Shown here: piece after piece, positions 36,615-37,364 of the stretch
Layout: each line of letters starts with the position of its first letter
How positions within the stretch are numbered: position 1 is the stretch's first letter
DNA from: Bacteroidota bacterium
GTDB lineage: Bacteria > Bacteroidota > Bacteroidia > Bacteroidales > CG2-30-32-10
Length of the DNA: 37,364 nucleotides
Assembly (NCBI GenBank): GCA_043801235.1
Contig: JAZDMF010000345.1
Location: 1 to 37,364, forward strand
Reading direction: 5' to 3'
Notes under the pieces: generated by a model
Database searches by the model: none
Seen by the model: the letters and a program-made list of their open reading frames with translations, nothing else
Told to the model about the DNA's origin: nothing
Translations under genes and position numbers: made by a program

Positions 36615-37364
36615 TTAGTTATTTGCAAAGGTCATAAAAATTTTCGAAATAGCATCATCGGTAAAAATAACAGCGATATAAATGCCGGCGCACATATTAT
36701 TCGGATTCCATTTAAACTGATGATAACCGGCAGGAAGTCCTGCGTCCACAACAGTTTCTATGTGTTTCCCATTTATATCTGAAATAGTAATAAGTACGCA
36801 TCCTTCCTTTTTTAAAATAAAAGGTATTATGGTTGATGAATTAAAAGGGTTAGGAAAATTCTGAAGAAGCTGTAAAGAATTCTGTGATATATCCGTCAGT
36901 CCGGTATATGGAATTAAGCTACGGAATAACAGACCGTCATTTGTTCCGCAATAAATGTAATCAGAAGAATCAACAGAAATACAAGTAGTACTGATGCTTG
37001 ATAAACCTGTATTCAATGGAGTCCATGTATTTCCGTTATCAGCGGATGTAAAAACACCTCCGGCGTCAGTTGTGATAAAAATATGCCCGCTTTTGTGTAC
37101 GGCAATGTCCGTAATTGTATGGTTTGTTAGTCCGTTATTGATTTGTGTCCAGTTATCGCCGTTATCTGATGACCTGAACATTCCTCCGTTGGTTCCTGCA
37201 AATACTTCATCTGTTCCATTCATGGCAAGTGCATTTATTTTCATATTGGTAATACCAATATTCACATCATCCCATGCCGTACCACCATTTGCAGAACGAT
37301 AAACCCCGCCGGCACTAGTGCCTGTATATATTACACCTGTATTACCAGCAGCAATTGATAATAC
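36615..37364 (-). CDS. Partial (5'-truncated) BNR/Asp-box propeller protein with T9SS type-A CTD
   Basis: Frame is open to the window end (VLSIAAGNTGVIYTGTSAGGVYRSANGGTAW...); S.DNG.xW repeats; CTD LLQNFPNPFNSSTII...GIYIAVI. Confidence 0.85.
   Translation of the reverse strand, partial: VLSIAAGNTGVIYTGTSAGGVYRSANGGTAWDDVNIGITNMKINALAMNGTDEVFAGTNGGMFRSSDNGDNWTQINNGLTNHTITDIAVHKSGHIFITTDAGGVFTSADNGNTWTPLNTGLSSISTTCISVDSSDYIYCGTNDGLLFRSLIPYTGLTDISQNSLQLLQNFPNPFNSSTIIPFILKKEGCVLITISDINGKHIETVVDAGLPAGYHQFKWNPNNMCAGIYIAVIFTDDAISKIFMTFANN

Noticed and set aside
1-37364. Genome-wide TAG reassignment or a diversity-generating retroelement
   Set aside because: TAG ends three genes at their expected C-termini, and no reverse transcriptase or adenine-specific template/variable repeat pair was seen.

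Overview
AT-rich Bacteroidota (Bacteroidia-like) genomic window dominated by type IX secretion system (T9SS) cargo and accessory genes. It holds two separate type-B CTD cargo / PorP-SprF / PorE-like (TPR-PD40-OmpA) triads facing each other, five type-A CTD proteins (a gingipain-like C25 peptidase, a YCF48-like propeller, a MAM/CARDB-type adhesin, a beta-helix protein and a partial BNR protein), and a TPR sensor kinase / NarL-LuxR two-component system. It also has a divergent elongation factor G paralogue (EF-G2 type), TonB, an EamA transporter and rnhA. No rRNA, tRNA, CRISPR array, transposase or integrase was seen. The most notable signals are: (1) an uncharacterised ~531-codon helical/TPR-like cytoplasmic protein, divergent from a T9SS cargo operon and interrupted by one in-frame TAG; (2) rnhA lacking any ATG/GTG/TTG start and probably starting at CTG; (3) two copies of a TACC-N8-GGTA palindrome flanking the two-component system, one in front of a stand-alone copy of the FN3-like domain normally found just before type-A CTDs, the other orphaned at a likely deletion junction; (4) three different intergenic palindromic or tandem-repeat elements. 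All product calls come from motif recognition by eye; no database searches were run.
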